Assembly: GCA_002269645.1 (NCBI GenBank)
Contig: NIVC01000949.1
Coordinates: 110,492 to 174,491 of the forward strand
Length of the DNA: 64,000 nucleotides
DNA from: Macrostomum lignano
Taxonomy: Eukaryota
Direction of reading: 5' to 3'
Part shown: piece after piece, positions 1-12,984 of the stretch
Layout: every line of letters begins with the position of its first letter
Numbering within the stretch: position 1 is the first letter of the stretch
Position numbers and translations under genes: made by a program
Notes under the pieces: generated by a model
Databases searched by the model: none
Told to the model about the DNA's origin: nothing
What the model saw: the letters and a program-made list of their open reading frames with translations, nothing else

Positions 1-340
1 AGGCCATATTTGAGTCAGTGCCGCCATAGTCGAGTCAGTGCCGCCATAGTTGAGTCAGTGCCGCCATAGTTGAGTCAGTGCCGCCATATTTGAGTCAGTG
101 CCGCCATATTTGAGTCAGTGCCGCCATAATTGAGTCAGTGCCGCCATAATTGAGTCAGTGCCGCCATAATTGCGTCAGTGCCGCCATATTTGAGTCAGTG
201 CCGCCATATTTGAGTCAGTGCCGCCATATTTGAGTCAGTGCCGCCATATTTGAGTCAGTGCCGCCATAGTTGAGTCAGTGCCGCCATAGTTGAGTCAGTA
301 CCGCCATAGTTGAGTCAGTGCCGCCATAGTCGAGTCAGTG
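1..340. repeat. 20-bp tandem minisatellite (TGAGTCAGTGCCGCCATA[GT]T), ~17 copies, truncated by the window start
   Basis: Near-identical head-to-tail 20-mers with no spacers. Confidence 0.95.
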
Positions 341-959
341 GTGCACGCGCCATGCTCAGTTGCACTTGTTTATAATATATTTGTAAGAGTCTAAACGATA
401 GCTTAGAAGCACTATAGGCATTATTATATACATATAGCTTATTTGTCGGACAGCAAGCCTTAGGCCTGAAAGTGATGTCTGGCATATATTCATACGTATG
501 TATTGTTATTATTATATTATTCTCGAAAATGGCCAAAAACTGGACCTTCGCGATCCCGAATAAAACAGGCCGAGAATCCGGAGACAGTCCGAATAAATGA
601 GAGAGGGGGGGGGTTTGTAGAACGTCTGTGTTGAACCTGCTTCTGGAAGCGGGCAGAGCTAGCGATTCTCTTTTTGTGTGTCTCCATTCCCCTCTCGATT
701 AAGCCTGAATTTCGGACACGGCCGGGGAGTGATATAGAATGGCTGGTGGCTAGTTGGTCCTTTTATATTTTTCGTTTTTTTGTTGTGTTTTTCACTAATG
801 CTATGGGATCAGGTTAACTTTTAGATGAATTTTGTAGCATTTTCATAATCATTGTGTGTACCATAACGCGGGCTGATTGTTTATTTTTTATCTCATGCAG
901 ATTCGAGATTGACGATGTGCACACGGCCCAGCGGCGATTGTTGTAAGTGCTTTTCTAGC

Positions 960-1525
960 GATCCGCTCCACCATCCGCTCCCTTATCCGCTCTCTCGAAT
1001 CCGCTCCCCTTATCCGCTCTTTCAAATCCGCTCTCCTTATCCGCTCTCTCAAATCCGCTCTCCTTATCCGCTCTCTCAAATCCGCTCTCCTTATCCGCTC
1101 TCTCAAATCCGCTCCCCTTATCCGCTCTTTCAAATCCGCTCCCCTTATCCGCTCTTTCAAATCCGCTCTCCTTATCCGCTCTCTCAAATCCGCTCCCCTT
1201 ATCCGCTCTTTCAAATCCGCTCCCCTTATCCGCTCTCTCAAATCCGCTCCCCTTATCCGCTCTTTCAAATCCGCTCCCCTTATCCGCTCTCTCAAATCCG
1301 CTCCCCTTATCCGCTCTTTCAAATCCGCTCCCCTTATCCGCTCTTTCAAATCCGCTCCCCTTATCCGCTCCCTCAAATCCGCGCTCTCAAATCCGCTCCT
1401 CTTATCCGCTCCCTCAAATCCGCGCTCTCAAATCCGCTCCTCTTATCCGCTCTCTCACATCCGCTCCCCTTATCCGCTCTCTCACATCCGCTCCCCTTAT
1501 CCGCTCTCTCACATCCGCTCCCCTA
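960..1525. repeat. 27-bp minisatellite (ATCCGCTCCCCTTATCCGCTCTTTCAA), intronic upstream of the CLASRP-like exon
   Basis: Gives the SPYPLFQIR 9-aa repeat in ORF 909-2486 and degenerates toward 1520. Confidence 0.93.
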
Positions 1526-1573
1526 TCTACTTTATCTGCCAAACTCAAGCCCTTCAAACAACCGACTCTCCAG

Positions 1574-3443
1574 CTCGCTGCCGCAGCTGTCGCCCGGCAG
1601 AGACTCCGACTCGTCAGACGGCGCCGCTGGCAACACAGATCGAAGCGACGCCGAAGAAGCCGGCGCCAGTTACCATGGCAACAACTCGGCGCCAGGCCAG
1701 CGCAATAAGAAGCAGCAGCAGAGAAACAAAAAGCCGCCTCCGACGTCGGGATCGGCGGCGACGGCTACGTCAGCAAAAGCAGCGGCGGGCAGCGTCACGG
1801 TGCAGATCGACATTCCTGTGCAGCACGGGCCGCAGCTGCCGCCGAGACCCGCCGCTGCCGCGACCTCCTCGACGGCCAAGGCCAATTCCAAGTCGACGGC
1901 GGCCGACAGTCGGAGGAGAACCGGCGCCACTGGCAGCCGCCACCGACACCGCCGTCGACCCTCGTCGGCTTCGTCGTCAGCTTCGCGCTCGTCTTCGTCC
2001 AGAAGGTCGTCGTCGTCTGCGTCGTCTGCATCGTCAAGATCGTCGGAGTCTGTCGATCGACGACGCCGCCGTGACAATCGTCGTGGCAGACGGAGTCGGA
2101 GTCGGAGTCGATCGGCCAGTCGTCGACGCGCCGCCGCGTCTTCGTCAACAGCAAAGGCGACGACAATCAAGAAGCCGTCGTCAGCGGCTGCGGCAGCAAC
2201 AGCAGAATCTGCCAATAGCGGCGGTTATCTAAAAGCAGATTTCTGCAACACTTTTACTCAACTGCCGGCTGTCTCCCAGCAGCAGCAGCAGCAGGAGAAG
2301 CCGCAGCAGGAGCAGCAGCCGCCAGCCCAGCCTAAGCGCTATTATCGAAGAGAACTGGAAGAGAAAAGCAGCGAAAGCGACGTCGACAGCGACAGCGAGA
2401 GTGGAACTCGACGTCGTCGGGATGGCGGCGGCGGCGGCGGCGGCGACGGCAGTGACACCTCTACTAGCAGCATTTCCGACCGGTGAGTAACTACTGCCCC
2501 CGCCCCGATCTACCGATATGTATCGAAACTGACTTTATCAAGCGTTGTTTTAGGTCGCCGCCCCAGCCCACTGCTCAACCCGGTATTGTCGTGGATTTTT
2601 TGAAAAGAAAAATGTGGGTGGGGTGAAGTTGAGCGCGGTTTAGGCAGCTGGGCACTCAAGCCTTTCTTTTCCCTTTTTTGGTAGTTGCTCCAGAACGGCG
2701 GTGGAGGCAAGAGGAATTACAACAAAAAGCAGCCACGCAGGGCAGGGGTCGGTCCGATGTGTCCAGTCGTGGCCTGACTTGGCCTGCCTGGCCAAAAACG
2801 AAATTTTTTTCTGCCTCTGTGGTGTGTGTCTGTCCTTTGCGCAGTTCTTTTCAAAATTTTGCTAGCAGAAGCAAAAAAAGCCACTCTGTGAGCTTGGGCT
2901 GAGTCTTTTCAGAGTTTTTTCTCTCTCTCTCTCTCTTTGTGCCGCTCTTCTCCCCACCTCTTTTCTGAGCCCACCTTGAAGGACTGCTGCTGCTGCTGCT
3001 GCTGCCTGCTTGACCCTCTGACTTCCTTTCACCACAGACCGTGACCGGTGCATTGTCTAACTGTGTGCCCCCTGGCCGCCTTCTTGGCCTTGGCTGGCTT
3101 CCGGTCTGCCTGCCCCCCCCCTGCCAATCCCGATTTTTTCTCATTAAGTTCATCGGGCCCAGCAGCCCGGTTGCAACTCCTGGTGCTCGGTTTATTATCT
3201 GGCATGGTCAGTTGCCTTGCGATTGGGTTGCGGAGATTCTAAAGGGGAAGAGTTGAGCCCCGCCCTTGTCTGCGCTGATGACCGCTGGTCGCCGCCGGCC
3301 ACTCATCCTCCGCCATCACCGCCGCCCCCGCCTCAGCCTCCCCGCCTCTTTACAAACTAGTCGAAACTGTTTCTTCTTTTCTGGGTTTGTTTTCTGGTCA
3401 TTGTGGGGCACTTTGTACTAACTTGATTTATGCAAGCATTGTG

Positions 3444-3498
<55 letters not shown>

Positions 3499-3499
3499 G

Positions 3500-3538
<39 letters not shown>

Positions 3539-3555
3539 GTGTCTGTCTGTCTGTG

Positions 3556-3594
<39 letters not shown>

Positions 3595-3595
3595 G

Positions 3596-3634
<39 letters not shown>

Positions 3635-3651
3635 GTGTCTGTCTGTCTGTG

Positions 3652-3745
<94 letters not shown>

Positions 3746-6700
3746 CTGTCTGTCTGTGTCTGTCTGCTGTCTGTCTGTCAGCCAGGCTGCACTAAATGAG
3801 TGACCCAGGCCCGTCCTGAGGAGCCGAGAACCCCCCACTACTCAATCGGCCGTAATCCCAAGCGGACCCCAACAGCTCGGCCCTGTCCCTCGATCTCAAT
3901 TTGTATCCAAATCGTCCGAATTCTCGGTTGCGCAACAATTTTCTCCTCTTTTCATGTTACTAATTGCGCCCATGGTTTTACTGCAAAACAATATTTTTAG
4001 CCATTCCTGCCGGCTGGCTCATCTGCGTTTTGGGCCAGGCTTCAATTACTTGCTATTGACTCAGTCGGGATCGAAGATTAGCCAGGCTAGCTCTTGTTCT
4101 ATTCTGTATTCTTCCGGTAAATTTTTCTGCAATATTATTCCGTTTTCTAGATACGTCTCGCTGTTTTTTCGCCTCTTTGGACATTCCATTCTAAAATTTT
4201 CTTGTCGTTTCTTTTGCCCGTTTTATTTGTGCCTGAATTACTCTCGACTTTTCCGGAGTTTTCTCTTCTGCCTGTGTTGTGTGTGTGAGCGGGAGAATTT
4301 TCTGATCAAACTTGAGTAGTCTATATCATATCTGCTAGCATTTGAGATCTTGGGATTTTAGGCGTACCTCGATTTGGGATCGTGGGATTTGGATTTCGGA
4401 TCTTCTTGGAATTTGGATTTGGGATCTTGGGATTTGGATTTCGGATCTTGAGATTTGGATTTCGGATCGTGGGATTTGGGTTTGGGATCGTGGGATTTGG
4501 ATTTCGGATCTTGAGATTTGGATTTCGGATCTTGGGATTTGGATTTCGGATCTTGAGATTTGGATTTGGGATCTTGGGATTTGGGTTTGGGATCGTGGGA
4601 TTTGGATTTCGGATCGTGGGATTTGGGTTTGGGATCGTGGGATTTGGATTTCGGATCTTGAGATTTGGATTTCGGATCTTGGGATTTGGATTTCGGATCT
4701 TGAGATTTGGATTTCGGATCGTGGGATTTGGGTTTGGGATCGTGGGATTTGGATTTGGGATCTTGAGATTTGGATTTCGGATCTTGGGATTTGGATTTCG
4801 GATCTTGGGATTTGGATTTCGGATCGTGGGATTTGGATTTGGGATCTTGGGATTTGGATTTCGGATCTTGAGATTTGGATTTCGGATCTTGGGATTTGGA
4901 TTTCGGATCTTGGGATTTGGATTTCGGATCGTGGGATTTGGGTTTGGGATCGTGGGATTTGAGTTTGGGATCGTGGGATTTGAGTTTGGGATCTTGGTAT
5001 TTGGATTTGGGATCTTGGGTTTTTAGGGATCCGGGACCTTTTTGAAATCAAAGATTCAAATTTGCGATCGGTAATTCCGAGTTGGGATCTGTGGACTTTG
5101 AAGTTGCCTTTGGTATCTGTAAGTATGATTTTTTTATCTGGGATCTGAGCTAACAGTGTTGACTTCCAGTTTCTCAAAACAGATTTTTTTTCTTAATTTA
5201 AATTTGAAAGACTTGAAAGCTTCTGGAAATATTGCTAGAACTGCTTAGGCTTGGGATTAAGAAGGCGGATTGAAAAGGATCTGGGAGGGTTTGGGGGGTA
5301 TGTTGACATAGACAGGGTGGACTCTTCTTTCGCAGCATCCCATTCTCTCCCCATCCCCTCACCCCTTCTGCTAAGCCGGCTAAATCTCCCATTTCCCCAT
5401 ATTTCTTTTATATTCCTTCTCGCGCGTCCATTTTCGCTCACCCGCCCGGCCCCGCCTCTGACCTTTTTTTTCAACTCGCCCCACCTTCGGGCGCTGTAAG
5501 CTTCATAATCCAGGTGTGTTTGATAGCCTGTGTCTAAGAGGCCAGCCCCGATCTGCTGCTTCTGTGTGTTTGCCCTGGTCACGCTCTGCTTCCACCGCTG
5601 CCCTCCCCCCTCTTTTTCTCTCCCAACCCCTCCATTCTTCTCTCAGCAGCTCCTGATCCATGCGCGCTGCTGGTGTCTCCCCCCTTCTTTTTTATTCTTC
5701 TTATTCTCTGCCGGGTTGTTTGCCCAGTTAACAGTTGTCCGGCCTTCCCTATTCTTCCCTAAGCCTTCTTAGCCTTTCTGATCCCCTACCTGCTGCCCGC
5801 AAGCGAGTAACTTTCTTCTTCTATGCGTATTCCTGCTGCTGGTTCTGCTTTTTAGCTGCTTTTCTGCTTTTCTGTCGGTCTCTGCTTGCACAGAGCAGGC
5901 CGGGCGCTGGTCACGCATGGCTCCCGCTGCTGCTGAGTGGTCTGGAAGGATGGACAAAGCTTTAACAAAGCCCCCCCCCCCGTCCCCGGCTCCCTTCCCT
6001 GCTCAGCTCCCCTTTCTCTGCTCTTTTTGTTCTCCCTCCATTGCCCATGCCTCTCTTCGCTCGCTCGCGCCAGCTAGATCTCAAGTCGCCTCTCTGCTGA
6101 CTGCTTCCTTCCTTGGCGCCGCCGCCGCAGTCAGCGCTTGCGCCGACAGTTTGTTCCTGCCCGCCTGCCTGCCTGCTGGCGGCGGCCTCTGCTCTGCCCT
6201 GCTCGTATCCTGTCCTGCTTGCCTTGTTTGCTGCCGGGACTGACAGTGTGGGGGGGGGGGGGAGTGCCACCTTTCATCGCTCAGTTGTTTGACTGTTCGC
6301 CCGCTTGCTTGCCCGAACGAATTCTCTACTACCGCATGTGGTTGTGTTGATTTTCTGGCAGCTATTCTTTTCTATTATGCAGTTAGCGACGATTTGTGTC
6401 AGCGCACTGCTTCTTCCGATGCTGTGTCAGGTTGTTTAGACACTGGGTCAAGTGGTTAGAATGTTGTGTCTGAGTTTTTGCGTGCTTTGTCAGACTCTGG
6501 ATATTGTGTCAGGTGTTTTGAATGATGTGTCAGACTCTTTGGATATTGTTTCGGATTCTTGGGATATTGTGTCAGACTCTTTGGATATTGTGTCAGATTC
6601 TTTGGATATTGTGTCAGACTCTTTGAATATTGTGTCATCAGATTCTTTTGATATTGTGTCAGACTCTTTGGATATTGTGTCAGACTCTGGATATTGTGTC

Positions 6701-9700
6701 AGATTCCTTTGATATTGTGTCAGACTCTTTGGATATTGTGTCAGACTCTGGATATTGTGTCAGATTCCTTTGATATTGTGTCAGACTCTTTGGATATTGT
6801 GTCAGACTCTTTGGATATTGTGTCAGATTCTTTAGAAACTGCCTCAGGCTCTTTGGATATTGTGTCAGACTCTTTGGATATTGTGTCAGATTCTTTAGAA
6901 ACTGCCTCAGGCTCTTTGGATATTGTGTCAGACTCTTTGTATATTGTGTCAGACTCTTTAGATATTGTGTCAGATTCTTTAGAAACTGCCTCAGGCTCTT
7001 TGGATATTGTGTCAGACTCTTTGGATATTGTGTCAGACTCTTTGGATATTGTGTCAGACTCTTTGGATATTGTGTCAGATTCTTTAGAAACTGCCTCAGG
7101 CTCTTTGGATATTGTGTCAGACTCTTTGGATATTGTGTCAGATTCTTTAGAAACTGCCTCAGGCTCTTTGGATATTGTGTCAGACTCTTTGGATATTGTG
7201 TCAGACTCTTTAGATATTGTGTCAGATTCTTTAGAAACTGCCTCAGGCTCTTTGGATATTGTGTCAGATTCTTTTATTATTGTGTCAGATTATTTGGATA
7301 TTGTGTCAGACTTTTCGTATATTGTGTCAGAATCTTGAAATATTTTGTAAAAATTCGAATATTGCATCGTATTCTTTCAATTTTCTGTCAGATACTTCTC
7401 CTAGTCAGATTCTTCCGACACTTTGAGCTGCTTTCAACGGATGTGTCAGATGCCCAGGGCTTGTAGTCCGCACCCCCCGTCAGCCTCCCCCGGAATATCA
7501 GCTTGGCAATCAGCTGTATTAGCTTAATTTTTTCCGGGAAAAAAACTGACCCTCTGGGAGCGGGTAGCGGAGCGACTTTCACACGCTCTCGTGAAAATGA
7601 AACCCGCTTTTCTCCTGATTGACGCGAACATTTTATTCCGTCTCTTTGTAGTTTCTCTTAGTCTCAGGCCTGCCTTCTGTCCAGCCCTTAATTTAGGCTG
7701 TCTTGGCTCTTAGTTTTGAAATCTGATACAGTATTGTTTCTCGTATTTGGACATTTCAATTTCTAACTGTTGGCTGCTACTGTCTTAGTTAAAATTTTCG
7801 AATTATGCTCTGTATGTTTGAGGCTATTTTCTCATGAGGGGGAATTATCCTATTGGGATTTTTTCTCGTGGAGGGAGAATTATCCTATTGGGATATTTTC
7901 TCACGGGGAGAATTATCCTATTGGGATATTTTCTCACGGGGAGAATTATCCTATTGGGATATTTTCTCACGGGGAGAATTATCCTATTGGGATATTTTCT
8001 TATAGGGAGAATTATCCTATGGGGATATTTTCTCATGGGGAGAATTATCCTATTGGGATATTTTCTCATGGGGAGAATTATCCTATTGGAATATTTTCTT
8101 GTGGGGAGAATTATCCTATGGGGATATTTTCTTGTGGATAATTATCCTATTAGATATTTTCTTATGGGGAGAATAATCCTATTGGGGTATTTTCTTATGG
8201 GGAGAATTATCCTACTGGAATATTCTCTCTTTGGGATGACTATTCTACAGGGATATTTTATTGTGTGGTGATAATGCCCTTATTTTTTATATATTTTGCT
8301 AATAGTGTTTAAAAGACCCAAGTAAATGAAATTATTTATTTAATAGCTACTGACCCCACTCCATATAGGTGGTCGTGAATGCACATTTACACTGCTTACA
8401 AATTGACCTCAATTTTCTAATTTATTGCTTTTCAGATCGAATCCGCTTGACAGAAGTGCTGCTAGCGGCGGAACCAAGGTAAACAACTTGTGCTTTTTTG
8501 TGTCAGCACGTGGGTGGTGCTTAGAGAGAGAGGGAGATGTGTAGGGGTCACTTGAACCAATTTCAATGGCTAATGGAATTTAGTGCGAACTTAAGTGGGA
8601 TGGTGATTGATTTTTCCAGATAATTGTTGCTTTTATGCAGTGTTGTGCAGTCTGTGGGTATAGGTGGGGGTGAGTAAAACTGAAGGCTACTTGAAAACTA
8701 ACTCACAAACACAAAAGAATTTGTGTTTAAGTATCAGAGTAAATTTGTTTATGCATCAGAATTTGTGTGTTTAAGCATCAAAGTAAATGTGTTTAAGTAT
8801 TAGGATAAATGTGTTTATGCATTAGAATTTGTGTGTTTAAGCATCAGAATGAGTGTGTTTAAGCATCAGAATCTGTGTGTTTAAGCATCACAATGAGTGT
8901 GTTTAAGCATCAGAATGAGTGTGTTTAAGCATTAGAAAGGGTGTTTAATTTAAGCTCACTTGTAAAATAAACACAAACTAGTTTTTATATCTGATAATTC
9001 CAGCCCCTCGCTGCCCCGACGCTCGCCGGTAAAACTTCCACCTCAAATCGAATGCTGACGCCTCAGCAACTGCTGCAACAGCGACTCAGTGTGGCCATCT
9101 CGAAGACCTGTGAGTCGATTTGCTGTCTCTCTGCTACTGAGTTTATTGGTTTTAATGAGTTTACAGTTAGTTGGCTGGTAAACTCGTTTTATTAGTTTAT
9201 CTGGGCCTAGTCTATCTGATTTATGGCAAGTATTTTATTTAGGAGCCTGAATCTCGGATACCTGTTTTGATTCGCCTCATCATTTCGATTAATTAGTACA
9301 TTACGTACTCGCTAACCTAGATTCAGATCCCTGAAAATATCAGAGTAAAAATAGAGCCTATTTTGACATCAGGCTCCTTCATCAACCCCCTTCCCGAACC
9401 TCAGGCTCCTTCATCAGCCCCCTTACCAAACCTCAGAACCCTTTATTAGCCCCCTTCCCGAACCTCAGGCTCCTTCATCAGCTCCCTTCCCGAACCTCAG
9501 GCTCCTTCATCAGCTCCCTTCCCGAACCTCAGGCTCCTTCATCAGCCCCCTTCCCGAACCTCAGGCTCCTTCATCAGCCCCCTTCCCGAACCTCAGGCTC
9601 CTTCATCAGCCCCCTTCCCGAACCTCAGGCTCTTTCATCAGCTCCCTTCCAGAACCTCAGGACCCTTCATCAGCCCCCTTCCCGAACCTCAGGCTCTTTC

Positions 9701-10349
9701 ATCAGCTCCCTTCCCGAACCTCAGGCTCCTTCATCAGCTCCCTCCCAGAACCTCAGGCTCCTTCATCAGCTCCCTACTCTCGGCACACCTGAACTCCTTC
9801 GCCCTCCCTGCCGCAGACCGAGCGGACAAGCTGGCCGAGCACGCCAAGCAGCGGCGGGCACGCGAGGAGCAGAGCCAGCGGGATCGGGAGATTCGCCGAC
9901 AGACCGAGGAGTTCCGGCGTCGCCGACTGCAGCAGCAGCAGAAAGAGCAGGAGGAGCAGAAATTGCAGAACAACAAAAGTCGAAGCCATTCGGCCTCTTC
10001 GTCAACTTCTTCGTCGTCGTCTGATCGGCGTCGACGTCAGCGAAGGCAACGGAGTCGGAGTCGGGACCGGAATCGAACTCAGGACCACGACCGAGACCGG
10101 GATCGAGCTCGGGACCGCGACCGCAATCGGGATCGAACTCGGGACCACGACCGAGATCGGGATCGAACTCGGGACCACGACCGAGACCGGGATCGAGCTC
10201 GGGACCACGACCGCGATCGGGATCGAGCTCGGGACCACGATCGAGATCGGGATCGGGATCGAGCTCGGGAACGCGGCCGACGCAGCCCAATTAGAGGCGA
10301 CGAATCTCGTCCGAGCGATTCGAAGGTGCCAAAACTTGTAGACTATTGA
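1574..10349 (+). CDS. CLASRP: CLK4-associating serine/arginine-rich protein (CLASRP/SFRS16/SWAP2)-like, 3' portion. Exons ~1574-2482 (acceptor uncertain: 1574, 1587 or 1601), 8436-8478, 9004-9109, 9817-10349
   Basis: Donors CG|GTGAGT 2483, AAG|GTAAAC 8479 and T|GTGAGT 9110; acceptors TTTCAG 8435, TTCCAG 9003 and CCGCAG 9816. Phases 2/0/1 join in frame. The spliced protein has an RS-rich region, then [47 protein letters not shown], which matches from memory the CLASRP C-terminal LTPQEKLKLRMQKALNRQFKADKK coiled coil, then an RD/RS tail. Upstream exons were not found in the window. Confidence 0.75.
3443..3782. repeat. (CTGT)n microsatellite with interspersed GT variants
   Basis: Direct reading. 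Confidence 0.97.
4370..5030. repeat. 21-bp minisatellite (GGGATTTGGATTTCGGATCTT and variants)
   Basis: 7-aa periodic ORFs in three frames; intronic. Confidence 0.95.
6485..7335. repeat. 21-bp minisatellite (CAGACTCTTTGGATATTGTGT) with a recurring variant unit (TTCTTTAGAAACTGCCTCAGG)
   Basis: [14 protein letters not shown] periodic translation; intronic. Confidence 0.95.
7835..8270. repeat. 33-bp minisatellite (GGGGAGAATTATCCTATTGGGATATTTTCTCAC)
   Basis: 11-aa periodic ORFs; degenerates toward 8270. Confidence 0.93.
8720..8945. repeat. 22-bp minisatellite (GTGTTTAAGCATCAGAATGAGT)
   Basis: Direct reading; intronic. Confidence 0.85.
9370..9775. repeat. 32-bp minisatellite (CCGAACCTCAGGCTCCTTCATCAGCCCCCTTC)
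   Basis: Period 32 (e.g. ATCAGC at 9541 and 9573); ends just before the acceptor at 9816. Confidence 0.93.
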
Positions 10350-10657
10350 CTGTTTGTTTGAATGCTGCTGTTTCTTGGTAACCCTTTGAAAATCTTGTGC
10401 AAGTATCTTTGTCCTGTTCTGCTTGCGGTCATCATGTATGTCACTGACTGGAATTTCATGTTTTAAAAGGCCTCTGTAATTGTGTTCAGTTTTTTCTCTG
10501 TGCGTATTTTGTAAATATATAAACAGGGCATAGACAGACTCATTCAGTCACTGCCACGCATCAGCTTCTCTGTTCGGGAGCGCGCTGGGCTGGGCGAATA
10601 AATTATAGCTGGTATTTACTGTTATTTATTCTGCTTGTTTACCTGTATCAGCTCTTG

Positions 10658-10726
<69 letters not shown>

Positions 10727-10767
10727 GCCTGTCTGTCTGTCTGTCTGTCTGTCTGTCTGCCTGTCTC

Positions 10768-10854
<87 letters not shown>

Positions 10855-10857
10855 TTG

Positions 10858-10922
<65 letters not shown>

Positions 10923-10925
10923 TTG

Positions 10926-10970
<45 letters not shown>

Positions 10971-11095
10971 GTCTGTCTGTCTGTCTGTCTGTCTGCCTGC
11001 ATGTCTGTCCGTCTGTCTGTCTCTGTCTTAGTGTCTGTCTTAGTGTCTGTCTGTCTGTCTGTCTGTCTGCCTGCCTGTCTGTCCGTCTGTCTGTC
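10658..11095. repeat. (CTGT)n microsatellite
   Basis: Direct reading. Confidence 0.97.
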
Positions 11096-11626
11096 CACAT
11101 GCACTGTCCGCCCCCTTATTAGCCGGTCAGCAGCCACCCGCACCAGTCAGTGAATTCCATCTGCACCACTTTCTGCTTTCACCGGACCCCCCGGCCCCGC
11201 CCTCCTCAGCCGGGTTTCGCGCCACCCAGCCTTGGTAAGCAGGGAGCAGCCAGCCGCTCGTCCAGCAATCGGGTCGGCTGGGCCCTCCATTCGGACTGAG
11301 GGCCGCCGCTTGCCGCTTCTTTTTCGAACGCGAGAGTTGGCGGCAGGTGGTCCTGCAGGATGAGAATTGTGCGCCGGCCGGGGTTCGGCATTCGAGTTGG
11401 GTTATTTTATTTTCTCTTTTGAGTCGCTGCGGCGGATAGGAGAAAGTGGCTGCTGCCCCGGCTGGGGAAGTGTTTTATGACGAGGCGATATTCGACTCGC
11501 GCGATTTTCATAGCGGCATTGATCTGGGTTGGAAATGATTTCGTATTGTGCACTGGAAAATGACTCTGTTAATGGCTGCGCGGCTGCTTTCTCCTGGTGT
11601 AGTTCAGACTGTCACTAGTGGCTATA

Positions 11627-11647
11627 TAGATAGAGACAGATAGATAA

Positions 11648-11684
<37 letters not shown>

Positions 11685-11693
11685 GACAGATAG

Positions 11694-11768
<75 letters not shown>

Positions 11769-11771
11769 GAC

Positions 11772-11869
<98 letters not shown>

Positions 11870-11880
11870 GCCGATAGATA
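11627..11880. repeat. (GATA)n microsatellite
   Basis: Direct reading. Confidence 0.97.
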
Positions 11881-12984
11881 GCAGCTTATTTCGAACGATT
11901 TCAAATTTGAGCCGCTAAAAGGCCGGGACTCGAGCCGACCTCGTGTGAGGACGGCGTCCGCGGACCCTGCTCAGAAATGGAACCCCCCTAAGCCTTCTTA
12001 GACCGCCTGACTGTGCAGCTGAGGCTCCGCCTTCCCGTCTCCCTCCCAAAGGAGGAGACCGCCCGAATCGCAACCGGAGTCGCCGCCGCCTCAGTTTCGC
12101 CTCCCTCCTCTTAGCCGTTCTCAGCGTCCCCACCCGAGTGAGAACTGGGAACCCTACACCGCCAGGTTTATCCCCATCGGCTCCTCTCGACCGTGCGCCC
12201 CGATTCGAAACTGCACGGGGCTCAGAATCCCCCGAGTCGCCTGCTTCTGTCCTGGGAATCTTTTCGACCTGAAAATCTGTTGCTTGCGTGAGAAAATTAG
12301 GAATGCCTTCTCAGAATCATAACCGGTAACCTCTCCCTGAGCGTTCCAAGTAATCCGGCCTGCTCATTGTCTCTGGGATGCGGCAGTTGGATGCTGCTGA
12401 GACTGTGACATTGGGACACTGGGTGGCTGATGAGCACTGCTTATTTGCCCGCTCGAGTCTTCAGAGGCGCGGGGGGGGGTTGTTTCGGTGAATTACTCCG
12501 CGTCTGAGAACTCTCGGAGCCGTGGGGGGTGGAGGGTCCGCACCTTAATTAAGGGATCCCCGATTCCGCATAGCAGACATTATCCCCAGGGAAAGTTGTG
12601 GGGGGGGGGGTTGAGGAGGCCGGCTGCAGGTGCTAAAGTATTCATGCGGACAGCGTAATAACAGGTGGCCACCCCCCCCCCCTGACCCCCACAATGCAGC
12701 CCTCTGCCCGACCCGCAGCCCCTTGAGGCCTGATACTCCTAATTAGTCTTCGAGCGCGAGTGAGCTTTACGCCCCTCTCGCTCTGCTCAGCCCAGCTCTC
12801 TCGCTCTGTTATTCTCCATCATCAGCACCAGCGTCTGCTCCTGTGAAATCAGAGAAATGGAGAAAATTAAAAAAACACTCCCTATAATATTAACAATCAT
12901 GCTCATTTGAGTGAGACCAGTTCACCGAGGATGAATGAATTAAACAAAATCAATCAACTGAGCACTTCATCGCCGATTTTTATA

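Noticed and set aside
1-340. CRISPR-like regular repeats (also the other short-period arrays)
   Set aside because: Units are head-to-tail with no unique spacers, there are no cas genes, and the context is eukaryotic.
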